A stretch of DNA of 64,000 bases from a virus: IMG/VR virus record IMGVR_UViG_3300019776_000550, positions 1-64,000 of that record; one strand, written 5' to 3'. Below the pieces are notes generated by a model. It did no database searches, was not told the origin of the DNA, and was given only the letters and a program-made list of their open reading frames with translations. Both the position numbers and the translations under genes were made by a program. Shown piece by piece: positions 50,440 to 60,952 of this stretch. Each line of letters begins with the position of its first letter. Position 1 is the stretch's first letter.

Positions 50440-50880
50440 TTAAAGTTTATTGGGGGTACAACCCCTCGCAATTTCAGTAGGGGGTGGCTAAGGTAAGTAG
50501 TTCCTCAATCAGCAAATTTCCACAACTTCTATTAAAATTATGATGTCTTCATTCAGCAAATCTTTTTGTAGCACTATAATCAGCTAGGGGGGTCTTTTAG
50601 TATATTAATCCAAAGTACCTTCTTTTGTAGTAGGGATATTAGGTATATCATGTTCAGCAAGTGTATTTTTAATGTCAATTCTATTGTTCTAATGGGGGTT
50701 ATTCAGTAGGTTTTTGCTGTTTTTGGCTGTTTTCATTTTAAAATAGTTTTTTTAAGTATATGGAAAACGGTCATTTTAAGCTACTTTTAGAGTTAACTGC
50801 CTGATTATCAATCAGTTTACTATGTCAAAATTATAATTTTACTATGTCAATATTTTGACAGTTTTTTCGCTATATTTGTA
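50440..50880. promoter_or_regulatory. Divergence region: candidate origin/promoter zone
   Basis: Non-coding between divergent blocks. Six WTCAGYW repeats, G-runs, TTTACTATGTCAA direct repeat, Bacteroidota-type -7 box TATATTTG at 50871. Confidence 0.55.
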
Positions 50881-50888
50881 CAAATCAT

Positions 50889-51431
50889 TTGATAAAAATG
50901 AAGATAAAAGAAGTAATAAAAATCAATAAAGTAGCTGTAAAAGTAAGAGATGTAGATATAGGTGTTAATCCTTTCATGAAAGATGTAAATATTAAAGTAT
51001 CTGTAGTAAATTTAGAAGGTGATTATGTTAAAGAGGATGATTTATACTTACCAAATAACACTTATATTGAATCAGAACCTTATACAAAGATTTTTATAAA
51101 TGCTGAAAACAGAAAAATTGTTAATAAATTAACACAACGAGGTAAAGATTTGCTATTATGGTTGCTTTATGAGATGGAAGCTGGTCAAGATTTTATTAAA
51201 ATTAATAAAGTTAGATATATGAAAGAATTAAGTATCAAATCTGTTAATACTTATAAAACAGCTTTATCAGAATTAATAAGATATGGTATGTTAAAGGAGT
51301 CAAAAGCAAAAGATATATACTGGATTAATTCACAATTCTTTTTTAATGGTAATAGAATCAAGAAATATAAAAAACAACTGATAAATAAAGATGGCAATAG
51401 AATTAATAATAAAGAGAAAGGCGTTTCCTGA
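50889..51431 (+). CDS. RepL-like replication/regulatory protein (winged-helix)
   Basis: S.NT...ALSELI..G......YWIN..FFFNGNRI motif. Confidence 0.72.
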   Translation: MIKMKIKEVIKINKVAVKVRDVDIGVNPFMKDVNIKVSVVNLEGDYVKEDDLYLPNNTYIESEPYTKIFINAENRKIVNKLTQRGKDLLLWLLYEMEAGQDFIKINKVRYMKELSIKSVNTYKTALSELIRYGMLKESKAKDIYWINSQFFFNGNRIKKYKKQLINKDGNRINNKEKGVS

Positions 51432-51875
51432 AAGAGAAAAACTAGAGTTAAGGTTAAAAGAAATGGGATTTAAGAATAAAATTGATTCTAAACCTTATAC
51501 TGCTTGGAAAATATGGAATAGTTTTTTGGTTATTCGTACTTACGGTAACTATTATACAGTACATACTAACGGAGATATAGACCATTATGAAGTTAAAAAA
51601 TGTGCTTATCAAGGTATTAGTTACGAAATGAACAATTTTGATTTTTTAGGTCAACTTTTAACAAAAAAAGATATAGAACAATGAACTTAGAAGAAGTAAC
51701 AAAGATAAGAGTAAGAATCAAAGCTCTTCAATTGCAAGTTGATACTGCCAATAGTATCATAGAAAAAGCTGAACTAATGGATGAAATTGAAGATTTAAAA
51801 ATTCAAGTTGGTGATTTTGAAAGAAAAGTAAGAGATATTAGTGATGATTTAGATTGTGAAAACTGTAGCGGATAA
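51391..51875 (+). CDS. Two hypothetical ORFs (51391-51684, 51681-51875)
   Basis: The second ends in DCENCSG. Confidence 0.5.
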
Positions 51876-51876
51876 T

Positions 51877-52644
51877 ATGAAATACTTTATAGACACTGAA
51901 TTTCTTGAAGGAACGCAAGATAAAACTATATTTGGAATTAAATATGGTAAAACGAAGCCTACAATTGATTTAATATCAATAGGTATAGTAGCAGAAGATG
52001 GTAGAGAATATTATGCTATTAGCAAAGATTTTAATTTAAAAGAAGCTTGGAATAGGTATGATTTAAAAATCAATAAACATTTTCCACAAGGTTCTGAATA
52101 TAATAAAGAATATTGGATTAGAGACAATGTGTTATTTTCAATTTGGAAAGAACTTGTAGCTAAAGATGTACAATGGTACAAAGATATGTGGAGAAAAGTT
52201 CCAACTTATACAAATGCTTATAATCCTAAAGACCATTACTTTAATTACAGTAACCTTAAAAGACTTATTAATGATTACGGCAAAACAAATAAACAAATAG
52301 CAGAAGAAGTTAAAGAATTTGTTTATAAAAATAATAAACCTGAGTTTTATGGTTATTATTCAGATTATGATTGGGTAGCTTTTTGCTGGTTATTTGGGAA
52401 AATGATAGATTTACCTAAAGAGTTTCCTCAATATTGTATTGATTTAAAACAAGAATTAGATAATAAAGTTAAAACTTATTTTGCACAAAGAGATGATGAT
52501 TATATATTAAATGTTTATGGTTATGAAGGCGTATTAAATAAAGTTAAACAGTTGCCTGATTACCCAAAGCAAATTAATGAACATCATGCTTTAGCGGATG
52601 CTAAATGGAATAAAGAGTTATATGATTTTTTTGACTTTTATTGA
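51877..52644 (+). CDS. DEDDh 3'-5' exonuclease (DUF5051/Rv2179c-like)
   Basis: MKYFIDTEF, LISIGIV, YDWV, HHALADAKW. Confidence 0.85.
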   Translation: MKYFIDTEFLEGTQDKTIFGIKYGKTKPTIDLISIGIVAEDGREYYAISKDFNLKEAWNRYDLKINKHFPQGSEYNKEYWIRDNVLFSIWKELVAKDVQWYKDMWRKVPTYTNAYNPKDHYFNYSNLKRLINDYGKTNKQIAEEVKEFVYKNNKPEFYGYYSDYDWVAFCWLFGKMIDLPKEFPQYCIDLKQELDNKVKTYFAQRDDDYILNVYGYEGVLNKVKQLPDYPKQINEHHALADAKWNKELYDFFDFY

Positions 52645-52670
52645 ATAATTAAAACTTAACTTATAATATT

Positions 52671-52865
52671 ATGTGGCAAACATGTCCTATATGTAAAGGG
52701 ATTGGTAAAGTCAATCATTCTTATATAAATAATTCAAATACTTCTCTTTGTGAAACTTGTGATGGCAAAGGGATAATTAGTGAATTAACTGGATTATCAC
52801 CTGTTAAAGCCAATAATCAAAATATTAAATATAAAAACTTAAAACAATTTACAAGATGGAAATAA
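52671..52865 (+). CDS. Small zinc-finger protein (DnaJ-type CxxCxGxG repeats)
   Basis: CPICKGIG and CETCDGKG. Confidence 0.65.
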   Translation: MWQTCPICKGIGKVNHSYINNSNTSLCETCDGKGIISELTGLSPVKANNQNIKYKNLKQFTRWK

Positions 52866-53128
52866 AGCAAACTTTTGGGCAAAAAGCAGTAGGTTTAACT
52901 TTTAATCCTAGTGACAACGATAAAGTAGGTAAAGCTAAACAACTAGCTGCTGACTTAATTGATTTAGTAGAGTTAGATTATTATGAAAAAACTACTCTTC
53001 CAACAGATGAAAAAATTAATCAACTTGGCAAATCAAGTTGGTTAACTAATGTTTTTCGTACAGCAGCGTTTAATACAATTATAGCTGCACAAATGGCAGT
53101 AGTTAAATTTTTAACTTGGAAAGATTAA
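52856..53128 (+). CDS. Small helical-hairpin protein, possibly Acb2/Tad1-like
   Basis: GLTFNPS...K...A.LID...AQMAVVK.LTW pattern. Confidence 0.4.
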   Translation: MEIKQTFGQKAVGLTFNPSDNDKVGKAKQLAADLIDLVELDYYEKTTLPTDEKINQLGKSSWLTNVFRTAAFNTIIAAQMAVVKFLTWKD

Positions 53129-53150
53129 TTAGGGTTTGAAAAATAAAACT

Positions 53151-53185
53151 GATAGGTTATGATATTTTATTATAACCTATTTTTT
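53151..53185 (+). terminator. Intrinsic terminator
   Basis: ATAGGTTAT...ATAACCTAT followed by a T-run. Confidence 0.65.
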
Positions 53186-53199
53186 ATATTTACAATATT

Positions 53200-54147
53200 A
53201 TGAGATTAGGAAACATAGGAAATACAAGTTCTGCAACTGATGTTTTTGTAAAAACTGTAGTTGATAGAAATAATTTGCATATTGAAAAAGCAAAAGAAAG
53301 TTCTAATGGTCAAATATCATTTAGAGATGATATACATGAATATAGAAGTGTACATTCAAAAAATGTATATACTTCTGTAACTACTTTTATTGGACAGTTT
53401 CAGAAACCTTTTAAGGCTGAATACTGGAGTTATTATAAAGCTTTAGAAAGTGTTGTAATTGCAACTTATGGTCAACAAACATGGTATGCTATTAAAAGAA
53501 AGTTAAAAGAATTTAGAGCTTTAGATAGAGAAGATGATGGTGTAGTTTACATGAAAGATGTAATTAAACAATTTAACATACCACAAGTTCATACTAAAGT
53601 TGAACATCTTAGACAACAATGGGATAAAAAGAGAGATGATGCTTGTGCTAAAGGAACTGCGTTTCATAACAAAAAAGAAGAAGAATCTTATTCTAATGGG
53701 TATGATTCGATTAATAATATGATAGTTCCTACATCATTGAAATACTCTTTTGACTTATCTAAATTAGAAGATGGATTTCATGCTGAATTACTTGTTTATA
53801 ATGATTACTTTCAGATAGCTGGCAAGATTGATAAATGTATCATTAAAACAGAAGGTAATAAGAGATATGTTTATATTGATGATTATAAGACTAATGAAAA
53901 GATAACTAAGAGAAATGAATTTCAAAGTCTTAAACCTCCTATAAGTCACTTGGATGATTGTAAATGGAATATTTATAGATTGCAGCTATCAATGTATGGA
54001 GTTTTGTTAGAATTAGCAGGATATGAAGTTAAACATTTACAACTTACTCATTGTACTGACTTTGGTGAATTTCCTGAACCATTCACTATTTTAAGAGATG
54101 AAATACATACTATTTTAGAATATAGAGCAAGTCAATTATACAATTAA
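53200..54147 (+). CDS. PD-(D/E)xK exonuclease
   Basis: SVTT, GTAFH, AGKIDK, IDDYKT, QLSMY. Confidence 0.85.
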   Translation: MRLGNIGNTSSATDVFVKTVVDRNNLHIEKAKESSNGQISFRDDIHEYRSVHSKNVYTSVTTFIGQFQKPFKAEYWSYYKALESVVIATYGQQTWYAIKRKLKEFRALDREDDGVVYMKDVIKQFNIPQVHTKVEHLRQQWDKKRDDACAKGTAFHNKKEEESYSNGYDSINNMIVPTSLKYSFDLSKLEDGFHAELLVYNDYFQIAGKIDKCIIKTEGNKRYVYIDDYKTNEKITKRNEFQSLKPPISHLDDCKWNIYRLQLSMYGVLLELAGYEVKHLQLTHCTDFGEFPEPFTILRDEIHTILEYRASQLYN

Positions 54148-54162
54148 ATTAAGCATTCAATT

Positions 54163-54429
54163 ATGTTAAAAGATTATATTGTATCAGCAAATTCTGCTAA
54201 TGTTACAGTAACTAACACTTGTTATACAACTAAATTAGAAACAACAAAACCTGATTTTTATGAATACTGGTGGTTAAACTTAACTGATAACAATGAAGTT
54301 GTAGTAACTCATTCAGGTAAAGCTTATGGTTTTAAAGATGATTTAGAAAAACAATTACTTATTGAATTTGCAAGAAAATTTCCTGATGTAGAAGTATCAG
54401 ATTATATTTTTAAAATGAGAATGTTATGA
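54163..54429 (+). CDS. Hypothetical protein
   Basis: 88-aa ORF. Confidence 0.45.
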   Translation: MLKDYIVSANSANVTVTNTCYTTKLETTKPDFYEYWWLNLTDNNEVVVTHSGKAYGFKDDLEKQLLIEFARKFPDVEVSDYIFKMRML

Positions 54430-54827
54430 TAAATGTAAAAGATTTAAAGAAAGGTGTTTCAATCGAAGATGTTTGTAATACACTTTTAGAAGCAAGAGTT
54501 CAAATACAACTCTATCATTGGGCTGCAAAACCTGCTATTAACTTTGCATTACATGAAGCCTTAGGAGCTTTGTATAATGATATTGATGGTAAACTAGATG
54601 GCTTTGTGGAAACCTCACAAGGAACTTATGGCAAAGTGTTTATGTTAAAAACAAAACCATTAGCAACAAGTAATGGAGTAGTTGCAACTCAAGCATTGTC
54701 TTATGTAAAAGGTTTAAATGAGTTTCTTATATCTGCCAGAAGTAGCATTACACATAGTCATCTACAAAACGAGATAGATGATTTTATTAATATTGTAAAT
54801 TTAGCATTGTATAAGCTTACACCTTAG
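54426..54827 (+). CDS. Ferritin/Dps-like protein (DUF5856-like)
   Basis: YHW...HEALGALY...D.FVE..QG.YG...LQNEIDD...LYKL. Confidence 0.75.
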   Translation: MINVKDLKKGVSIEDVCNTLLEARVQIQLYHWAAKPAINFALHEALGALYNDIDGKLDGFVETSQGTYGKVFMLKTKPLATSNGVVATQALSYVKGLNEFLISARSSITHSHLQNEIDDFINIVNLALYKLTP

Positions 54828-54952
54828 TTTATAAAGGTGTAGTTGATTTATTTACTTATTTTTGGGTTAATTTCAGTTGATTATTTGAAAGCTAGATTAA
54901 CCTAATTCCATTCTATTATCCTAATGGGCATACCAATTTAACACTTATAAAA

Positions 54953-55288
54953 ATGGCATCTTTAACATTAACAGAAGTAGCAATTGAATCATTAATTCCT
55001 AACCCCAATCAGCTTGTTCTTGAATTACCAAAGGATTATGATAAGGGAAAGTTTAACATTCAACGTCAAGATAAACATTTAAGAACTGACCTATTATATA
55101 AAGTAGAAAAAATAGGTCAAAATGCAAAAGACTTTCTTGGTATTGATAAAAATTATTTCATACTTTTACAACCTAACCTTACTGTAATAACAATTTTGAT
55201 AGAAGGGCTTACTTATATCTTAATTGACATGACAGATGTGTTAGTAGCATTTAAAGAAAAAAAGCAATTAGTACATGTTGAACAATAA
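54953..55288 (+). CDS. GroES-like co-chaperonin
   Basis: LIPNPNQLVL...VEKIG...IEGLTYILIDMTDVL matches the GroES topology. Confidence 0.55.
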   Translation: MASLTLTEVAIESLIPNPNQLVLELPKDYDKGKFNIQRQDKHLRTDLLYKVEKIGQNAKDFLGIDKNYFILLQPNLTVITILIEGLTYILIDMTDVLVAFKEKKQLVHVEQ

Positions 55289-55493
55289 TGCAGTTACAGC
55301 TAGATTTATTAAAGAGATAAGTGAAGAACTTAATATTGATGAAGCTAAAGTTGCTGAAATATTAAATAATTTCTTTGATACTATTATTAACTTTGCAAGC
55401 CAAAAGAAAGCTATTTTCTTTTGGCTTACTGGTTTTGGTAAGATTTATTATAGAAAATATAAAAAACCTGATGTAAGGAGGAAATCAAAATGA
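55275..55493 (+). CDS. HU/IHF-like DNA-binding protein
   Basis: IKEISEELNI...FFDTI...LTGFGKI. Confidence 0.7.
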   Translation: MLNNNAVTARFIKEISEELNIDEAKVAEILNNFFDTIINFASQKKAIFFWLTGFGKIYYRKYKKPDVRRKSK

Positions 55494-55632
55494 GATATTT
55501 AATACCATTTTATTTTTTATATGAATTTATAAAAAATGATTTTGAACTACCTGTTTATACTAATGTCAATATTATATATACAACTATTATGTTATTATAT
55601 ATAATAGCGGTTTTACTATTAAATTGTAAATT

Positions 55633-56286
55633 ATGCTAGACGAATGGTTTGAATTAAAATACGATTTACCTGTTCTTAAAACAGAATGTAGAAATGTTGA
55701 ATATCTTAAAAAGATATACACACGAGATAATGGTGATGTAACTAGTGAACCAGGTGGTAAAAGTGTTAGAGTAAAAAAGACAGCAGCTAAAGAAATAGCT
55801 TATATTTACTTTACTTTAAGCACTAATCATTTTCAAGGATATAAAGGTAAACAACGAGATTCAATAATTAAAGAACGTGTAGGACTACCTTTAAACTGGA
55901 CACCTGATGAAGAAATTAAAAATGCAATTAGATTCTTAAAAGAAGATACTACTATTATTGAAGAAAAATTACTTAATACAATTGAAAGTAATTTACAAAC
56001 TAATAGAGAGTTGTTTGAAGAAGTTGAAACTAATAACAAAAAAGTATTAGAATTTCTTCAAAAAGAAGTAAATGAATTAACAACAGAACAGCTTAGTGAA
56101 AGAAAGATTTTAATTGATAATCTTAAAAATGATTTTAGAATCATGTTAGGTTTTATCAATGATTTAGGTAGTGCTTTTGAAAAAGTTAAAAAGCTTAGAA
56201 TTGACTTAAATCAAGCTAAGCGAAAGCAAGGTAAAGAATTAAGTACTATAGAAACTGACAGAAGTTTTTATCAAAGAAATAGATAA
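55633..56286 (+). CDS. Conserved protein upstream of terminase (possible small subunit)
   Basis: Position; KEIAYIYF and GLP.NW.PD motifs. Confidence 0.5.
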   Translation: MLDEWFELKYDLPVLKTECRNVEYLKKIYTRDNGDVTSEPGGKSVRVKKTAAKEIAYIYFTLSTNHFQGYKGKQRDSIIKERVGLPLNWTPDEEIKNAIRFLKEDTTIIEEKLLNTIESNLQTNRELFEEVETNNKKVLEFLQKEVNELTTEQLSERKILIDNLKNDFRIMLGFINDLGSAFEKVKKLRIDLNQAKRKQGKELSTIETDRSFYQRNR

Positions 56287-58452
56287 ATGTTTACAGGAAT
56301 TAATTATTTTAGAGAACTTGCTTTATATTATGATAAGCATGGATATTACCCTTATGCAAATGAATATCAAGAAATTTATAATGAATTAAACCCTGCCAAT
56401 AGCAAATTAAAAGTACCTGTTCCCTTTGATGCTTTACCTTATTACATGCAAGATTTTGCAAAGGAAACTATTACAAAATTTGTAAATGGAGATAGTCATG
56501 GTGATACTATTATTACAGGAGAACATTTCTTTTATCTCAATGCTGTTAATATTGAAAGAACTGTAGTTAATCAACCTGGAATACATAAGAATAACACAAC
56601 TAATGCTAGAAAAGTAGGTAGTAGAAAATTTGCATTTCCTGATTTTTGGGATGAAGATTGGAGATACTTTTGGGCTTGTGATATAGCAAGACACGGATTA
56701 AAAGAAGGATATGAATTAGAAGAATATAATAGAATATGCAAACCATGTAGTTTACAACTCATTACAACTCCTGAAAACTTTAGTGGAGGATTAGATATTT
56801 TTTATCTTAAACCTAGAGGTGTAGGAGCAAGTTGGAAAGGTGGCTCTTATGCTAATTATAATCAATTTTTAATTCCTGACAGTAATACTTTTATTATGGC
56901 TGAAACTCAAGAATACCTTTTGAAAGATGGTATTTTTGATAAGTTTAATAAGATAAGAAGTTTTATTCAAAGTAAATGTTGGTGGTTAAGCAAACATTTT
57001 TATAAAGAAAGTTTAAGTAACTTTGAATATAGCACAGGATTAAAACAAATCATTAATGGAGCAAATGTAACACAAGGCTTTAACACTACCGTTGCAGGTG
57101 TTACAATAGATGGTAGTGCAGACAAAGCTCGTGGTAAAAGAGGTAATATTATATTTGAAGAAGCAGGTTCATTTCCTTCATTAGCAAGAGTATGGGAAGT
57201 AAGTGAAGCTTCTGTAAATGAATATGGTGTTATATATGGACAAAGAAGAGCTTTTGGTACAGGAGGTGATGAAGGAGGTCATTTTGCTTTTATGGAAGAA
57301 GTTACTAATAATCCACAAGATTATAGAGTAATTCAATGTGAAAATATATATGATGAATTTCAAAAACCTATTACATTCTTTACTCCTTGTTATACTAACA
57401 TTACAGATAAAGATGAAAATGGAAATAGTGACAAGGAGTTAGCTAAAAAGAAATTTGACAAAATAGAAGAAGAGTTAAATAAAAGTGATAATATTACAAG
57501 GTTAGACCAGCATAAAGCTGAATTTCCTAGAAAACCATCAGATGCTTTTAGAACATTAGCTGATAATTTATTACCATCAGCTAAGGCTAAACAAAGGTTG
57601 GAATATCTTGAAAAAACAAATATAGATAGAGCAGTTTGTACTTATGGTACTTTAGAAACTAATACAAAAGAAATTATATTTCTACCTGACAATGTTTTAC
57701 CTTTTGAGCAATATCCTGTAAAATCTGATGGTAAGAGTAAAAAAGGTTGTATTGCTATATTTCAACAACCTTTTAAAGTTCGCAATACAGTACCTGACGA
57801 TTTGTATATTCTTTATGTAGATGCTTATACGCAAGATGAATCTCAATCAGGTTCAGTAGGAGCTGCTTATGTATATGAACAACCTAATAGATATACTAGA
57901 TTTAAAGGAGGTATAAGTCCTGCTTGGTATGTAAGTAGACCTGAGGGATTTAATGGTTCTACAGAATTTGCTAAAAATGTATTTTTACTTGCTGAATTTT
58001 ACAATGCTAAGATTAGTTTAGAAAATGACCAAGTAGGAGATTTAGTAAGTTATGCAAAAAAGAATAGAGATACTAAAGGTAGAAAGCTTACTTTGTATTT
58101 AAGTGAACAGTTTGATTTAGGTTTTGATGAAAAATTAGCTACTAAAGCATCTATGAAAAGAAGTTTTGGTATGCACATGACAGAACCTAGAAAACGACAA
58201 GGTTTGAAGTATTTAGATGAATGGTTAACTACTCCAAGAGGTATAAATGAAGATGGTCAGATTATTTATAATATCGATATGATTTATGATAGAGGACTAC
58301 TTAAAGAAATTAAATATTATAAGTATGGAGTAAACGCTGATAGAATTTCTAGTTGGTTAATTGGTATGTATCATATCAAAGAAGAAGAATATCAAGAAAC
58401 TAAAAGAAGAAGACGAGAACACAATAGTTTAGAAAACCTAAGATTATACTAA
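56287..58452 (+). CDS. Terminase large subunit
   Basis: ITGEHFFYLN, KPRGVGASW, FEEAG, FGTGG, VDAY, NADRISS. Confidence 0.88.
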   Translation: MFTGINYFRELALYYDKHGYYPYANEYQEIYNELNPANSKLKVPVPFDALPYYMQDFAKETITKFVNGDSHGDTIITGEHFFYLNAVNIERTVVNQPGIHKNNTTNARKVGSRKFAFPDFWDEDWRYFWACDIARHGLKEGYELEEYNRICKPCSLQLITTPENFSGGLDIFYLKPRGVGASWKGGSYANYNQFLIPDSNTFIMAETQEYLLKDGIFDKFNKIRSFIQSKCWWLSKHFYKESLSNFEYSTGLKQIINGANVTQGFNTTVAGVTIDGSADKARGKRGNIIFEEAGSFPSLARVWEVSEASVNEYGVIYGQRRAFGTGGDEGGHFAFMEEVTNNPQDYRVIQCENIYDEFQKPITFFTPCYTNITDKDENGNSDKELAKKKFDKIEEELNKSDNITRLDQHKAEFPRKPSDAFRTLADNLLPSAKAKQRLEYLEKTNIDRAVCTYGTLETNTKEIIFLPDNVLPFEQYPVKSDGKSKKGCIAIFQQPFKVRNTVPDDLYILYVDAYTQDESQSGSVGAAYVYEQPNRYTRFKGGISPAWYVSRPEGFNGSTEFAKNVFLLAEFYNAKISLENDQVGDLVSYAKKNRDTKGRKLTLYLSEQFDLGFDEKLATKASMKRSFGMHMTEPRKRQGLKYLDEWLTTPRGINEDGQIIYNIDMIYDRGLLKEIKYYKYGVNADRISSWLIGMYHIKEEEYQETKRRRREHNSLENLRLY

Positions 58453-60872
58453 TGAACGGCACATTACCTTTACAGAAAATACCTAAGAATAAAAAGGATA
58501 GAGAGTGGAAAGTTAATAACTTAAAATATTACAATACATTTGCGTATAGTAATAATTCACTTTCTTACAACAAAGCTATTGAAAGATTATTTAAAATAGC
58601 TGCTGGTATTATGGATGTAACTGATTATAGTCACATTCAAAATCCTTATCATTTAATAGGTGAACAGTATAAAAAGTACCCTGAAAAACTTCGTAGATAT
58701 GATATTGTAAGTCCTTTGTTTTTAAGAGCATTAAGAGAATTTAAGAAAAGACCATTTGAACCTGTTGTTTATACTCAAAATAGTAATTTTGATAGTATGA
58801 AACAACAAGCTGAAAAAGCATTAATAGAAGAAAGTTTACAAAGGAAGTTTGTTAATATGTTAATTCAAACAGGTCAGCTACAAGAACAAGAACCTGTTGA
58901 AGAAATTAGTCCTGATGTTATTAAGCAAAAAGTCAGTACTTTAAAAGATATTGAAACTATATCTGGACAAAAAGTATTAGATTATATACTATCAAAAGAA
59001 GATATTTACTCTCAATATGTGAGAGAATTTTATCATTTTATATGCAGTAACAGATGTAGTAGTTATGCAGATGTAAGGTATGATAATATCATAAGATATT
59101 CAGTACATCCTATGATTATTGATTCATATGGCAGTAAAAATAATAGGTTGTTAGAAGATGCTAACGTAGTTAGAGCTAGATATAATTTTACTTACGAAGA
59201 AGTTATTGATATATTTCAAGGAGAAGATTTGAGTGAATATCCTGATTTCTTTGAATATCTTGAAAGATATAATACTAATAGAACTACAAGTAATTCTGAT
59301 TTTTATGATGATAGAGTTACTAATTATCTATCGCAGTATATGTATAACAGGTATGGAATTACAAGAAATGATACTGCTATTAGTAATACAAAGTATATAA
59401 ATGTAAATCATATTCAATGGACTAGTTTTAGACTTGTACACTTTATTCCTAATGGGGATTCTTTTATTGAAGTAGATGAAGATTATCAAGGTAATGATAT
59501 TATATACAGTGAGTGGAAAGAAGAAGTTAGAGAAGGTTATGTAGTAGCTAACAAGTATTTTATTGGAGGTGATTGTTTAGAATTTCCTCGATATGATTTT
59601 AATAATCCATTTAAAGCAAAAAACAGTTATTGTGGAATTACTTTTATGGATGATTTAGTTCAACAAATTAGTATTCCTGAAAAAATAGTACAGTATCAAG
59701 AAGCTTATGATGTTGTTAAATTTAAAATTCAATATACAATAAATAAAAACAAAGATAAAATAGCCACAATACCTTTAAGTTTGATTAGAGGTTCTATGCC
59801 TATTGATTCTTCTAAAGATAAATTTGAACATACATTTGGTGAAGATGAAGATAAAGACTTGCAGTTTTTACAAAAAGAAATGGAGAGAGGTAGGAATCAT
59901 CCATTGGCAGAAGCTATGTATTTTGCTGATACTACTCAAATGCTTTTTGTAGATGATACTAGTGAAACTGCTGCTACTGCTGTACAAATGTTAAAACAAA
60001 TAGATTTAAGCTTAGGTAATTATATTGGGTTTTTAATGGATTACGCTCGTAGCATTAAAGCAGAAGCAGAAGACTTATTTGGATTTAATAGATTTGTTAA
60101 TGGTGATATAGGTCAAAGAGATTCTGTTAGAAATGTTCAACAGGGTTTAGAACAATCTACAGCTATTATTGATTTATATTATGATGAATTTGAAAGGTAT
60201 CAAGCTTGTGATTTGCAGAGATTATTAGATTTAAGTAGATATGCTTTTAGAACAGGTAAGAATCTTACTTATGTGAGAGATAATACTGACATTGAAAGAC
60301 TACAGATTCCTGATAATTATCAACACTTGTCTTATGGTATATTTGTTCGCAATAGTGCTAAGACAAAAGAAGTATTAGATAGACTTAAAAATCTTGCAAA
60401 TGAGTTTATTCAAAATGGAATGAAACCTTCTGTTTATGGAAAATTAATTTCACAATCTTCTAATTATGCTAGTATTATAAAAGAGATTGAAGACAAAGAA
60501 ATTGAAATGCAAAAGCAACAAGAAATGCAAGCTCAAGCTGATAGAGATAATCAAATTAAGCTTCAAGAAATGCAAATGCAAGATAAACAAGCTGATAGAG
60601 ATATTGAAAAATATAAAATAGATACAAATGCAGAAGTTGCGATTAATAAAACAATTGCTACTTTGCAATCTATGAGTATTGGCAATGATGATGATAATGC
60701 TGTTTTAGAGTTAGAAAAGATAAGAATGGCTCAAATAACAGAACTTCAAAATAACATGATTAAGAAAGAAGATATTAAGACTAAAAAAGAAATAGCAAAA
60801 GCTAATAATGATACTAAAAGATTTGTAGCTGAACAATCATTAAAAGTAGCTAAAGAAAATAAAGGTAAGTAA
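58452..60872 (+). CDS. Portal protein
   Basis: 806 aa directly after the terminase; LPLQK...K..EW N-terminus and coiled-coil C-terminus. Confidence 0.82.
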   Translation: MNGTLPLQKIPKNKKDREWKVNNLKYYNTFAYSNNSLSYNKAIERLFKIAAGIMDVTDYSHIQNPYHLIGEQYKKYPEKLRRYDIVSPLFLRALREFKKRPFEPVVYTQNSNFDSMKQQAEKALIEESLQRKFVNMLIQTGQLQEQEPVEEISPDVIKQKVSTLKDIETISGQKVLDYILSKEDIYSQYVREFYHFICSNRCSSYADVRYDNIIRYSVHPMIIDSYGSKNNRLLEDANVVRARYNFTYEEVIDIFQGEDLSEYPDFFEYLERYNTNRTTSNSDFYDDRVTNYLSQYMYNRYGITRNDTAISNTKYINVNHIQWTSFRLVHFIPNGDSFIEVDEDYQGNDIIYSEWKEEVREGYVVANKYFIGGDCLEFPRYDFNNPFKAKNSYCGITFMDDLVQQISIPEKIVQYQEAYDVVKFKIQYTINKNKDKIATIPLSLIRGSMPIDSSKDKFEHTFGEDEDKDLQFLQKEMERGRNHPLAEAMYFADTTQMLFVDDTSETAATAVQMLKQIDLSLGNYIGFLMDYARSIKAEAEDLFGFNRFVNGDIGQRDSVRNVQQGLEQSTAIIDLYYDEFERYQACDLQRLLDLSRYAFRTGKNLTYVRDNTDIERLQIPDNYQHLSYGIFVRNSAKTKEVLDRLKNLANEFIQNGMKPSVYGKLISQSSNYASIIKEIEDKEIEMQKQQEMQAQADRDNQIKLQEMQMQDKQADRDIEKYKIDTNAEVAINKTIATLQSMSIGNDDDNAVLELEKIRMAQITELQNNMIKKEDIKTKKEIAKANNDTKRFVAEQSLKVAKENKGK

Positions 60873-60952
60873 ATAAAATTAGCTTAAAAAATAATTTTAA
60901 TTTATTGTTGTATAAATTTGGAAATGTAGTTACAAACTTAAATATTTGAAAT

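Noticed and set aside
47270-50880. tRNA genes or a CRISPR mini-array
   Set aside because: No cloverleaf with a T-loop consensus and no regularly spaced identical repeats were seen.
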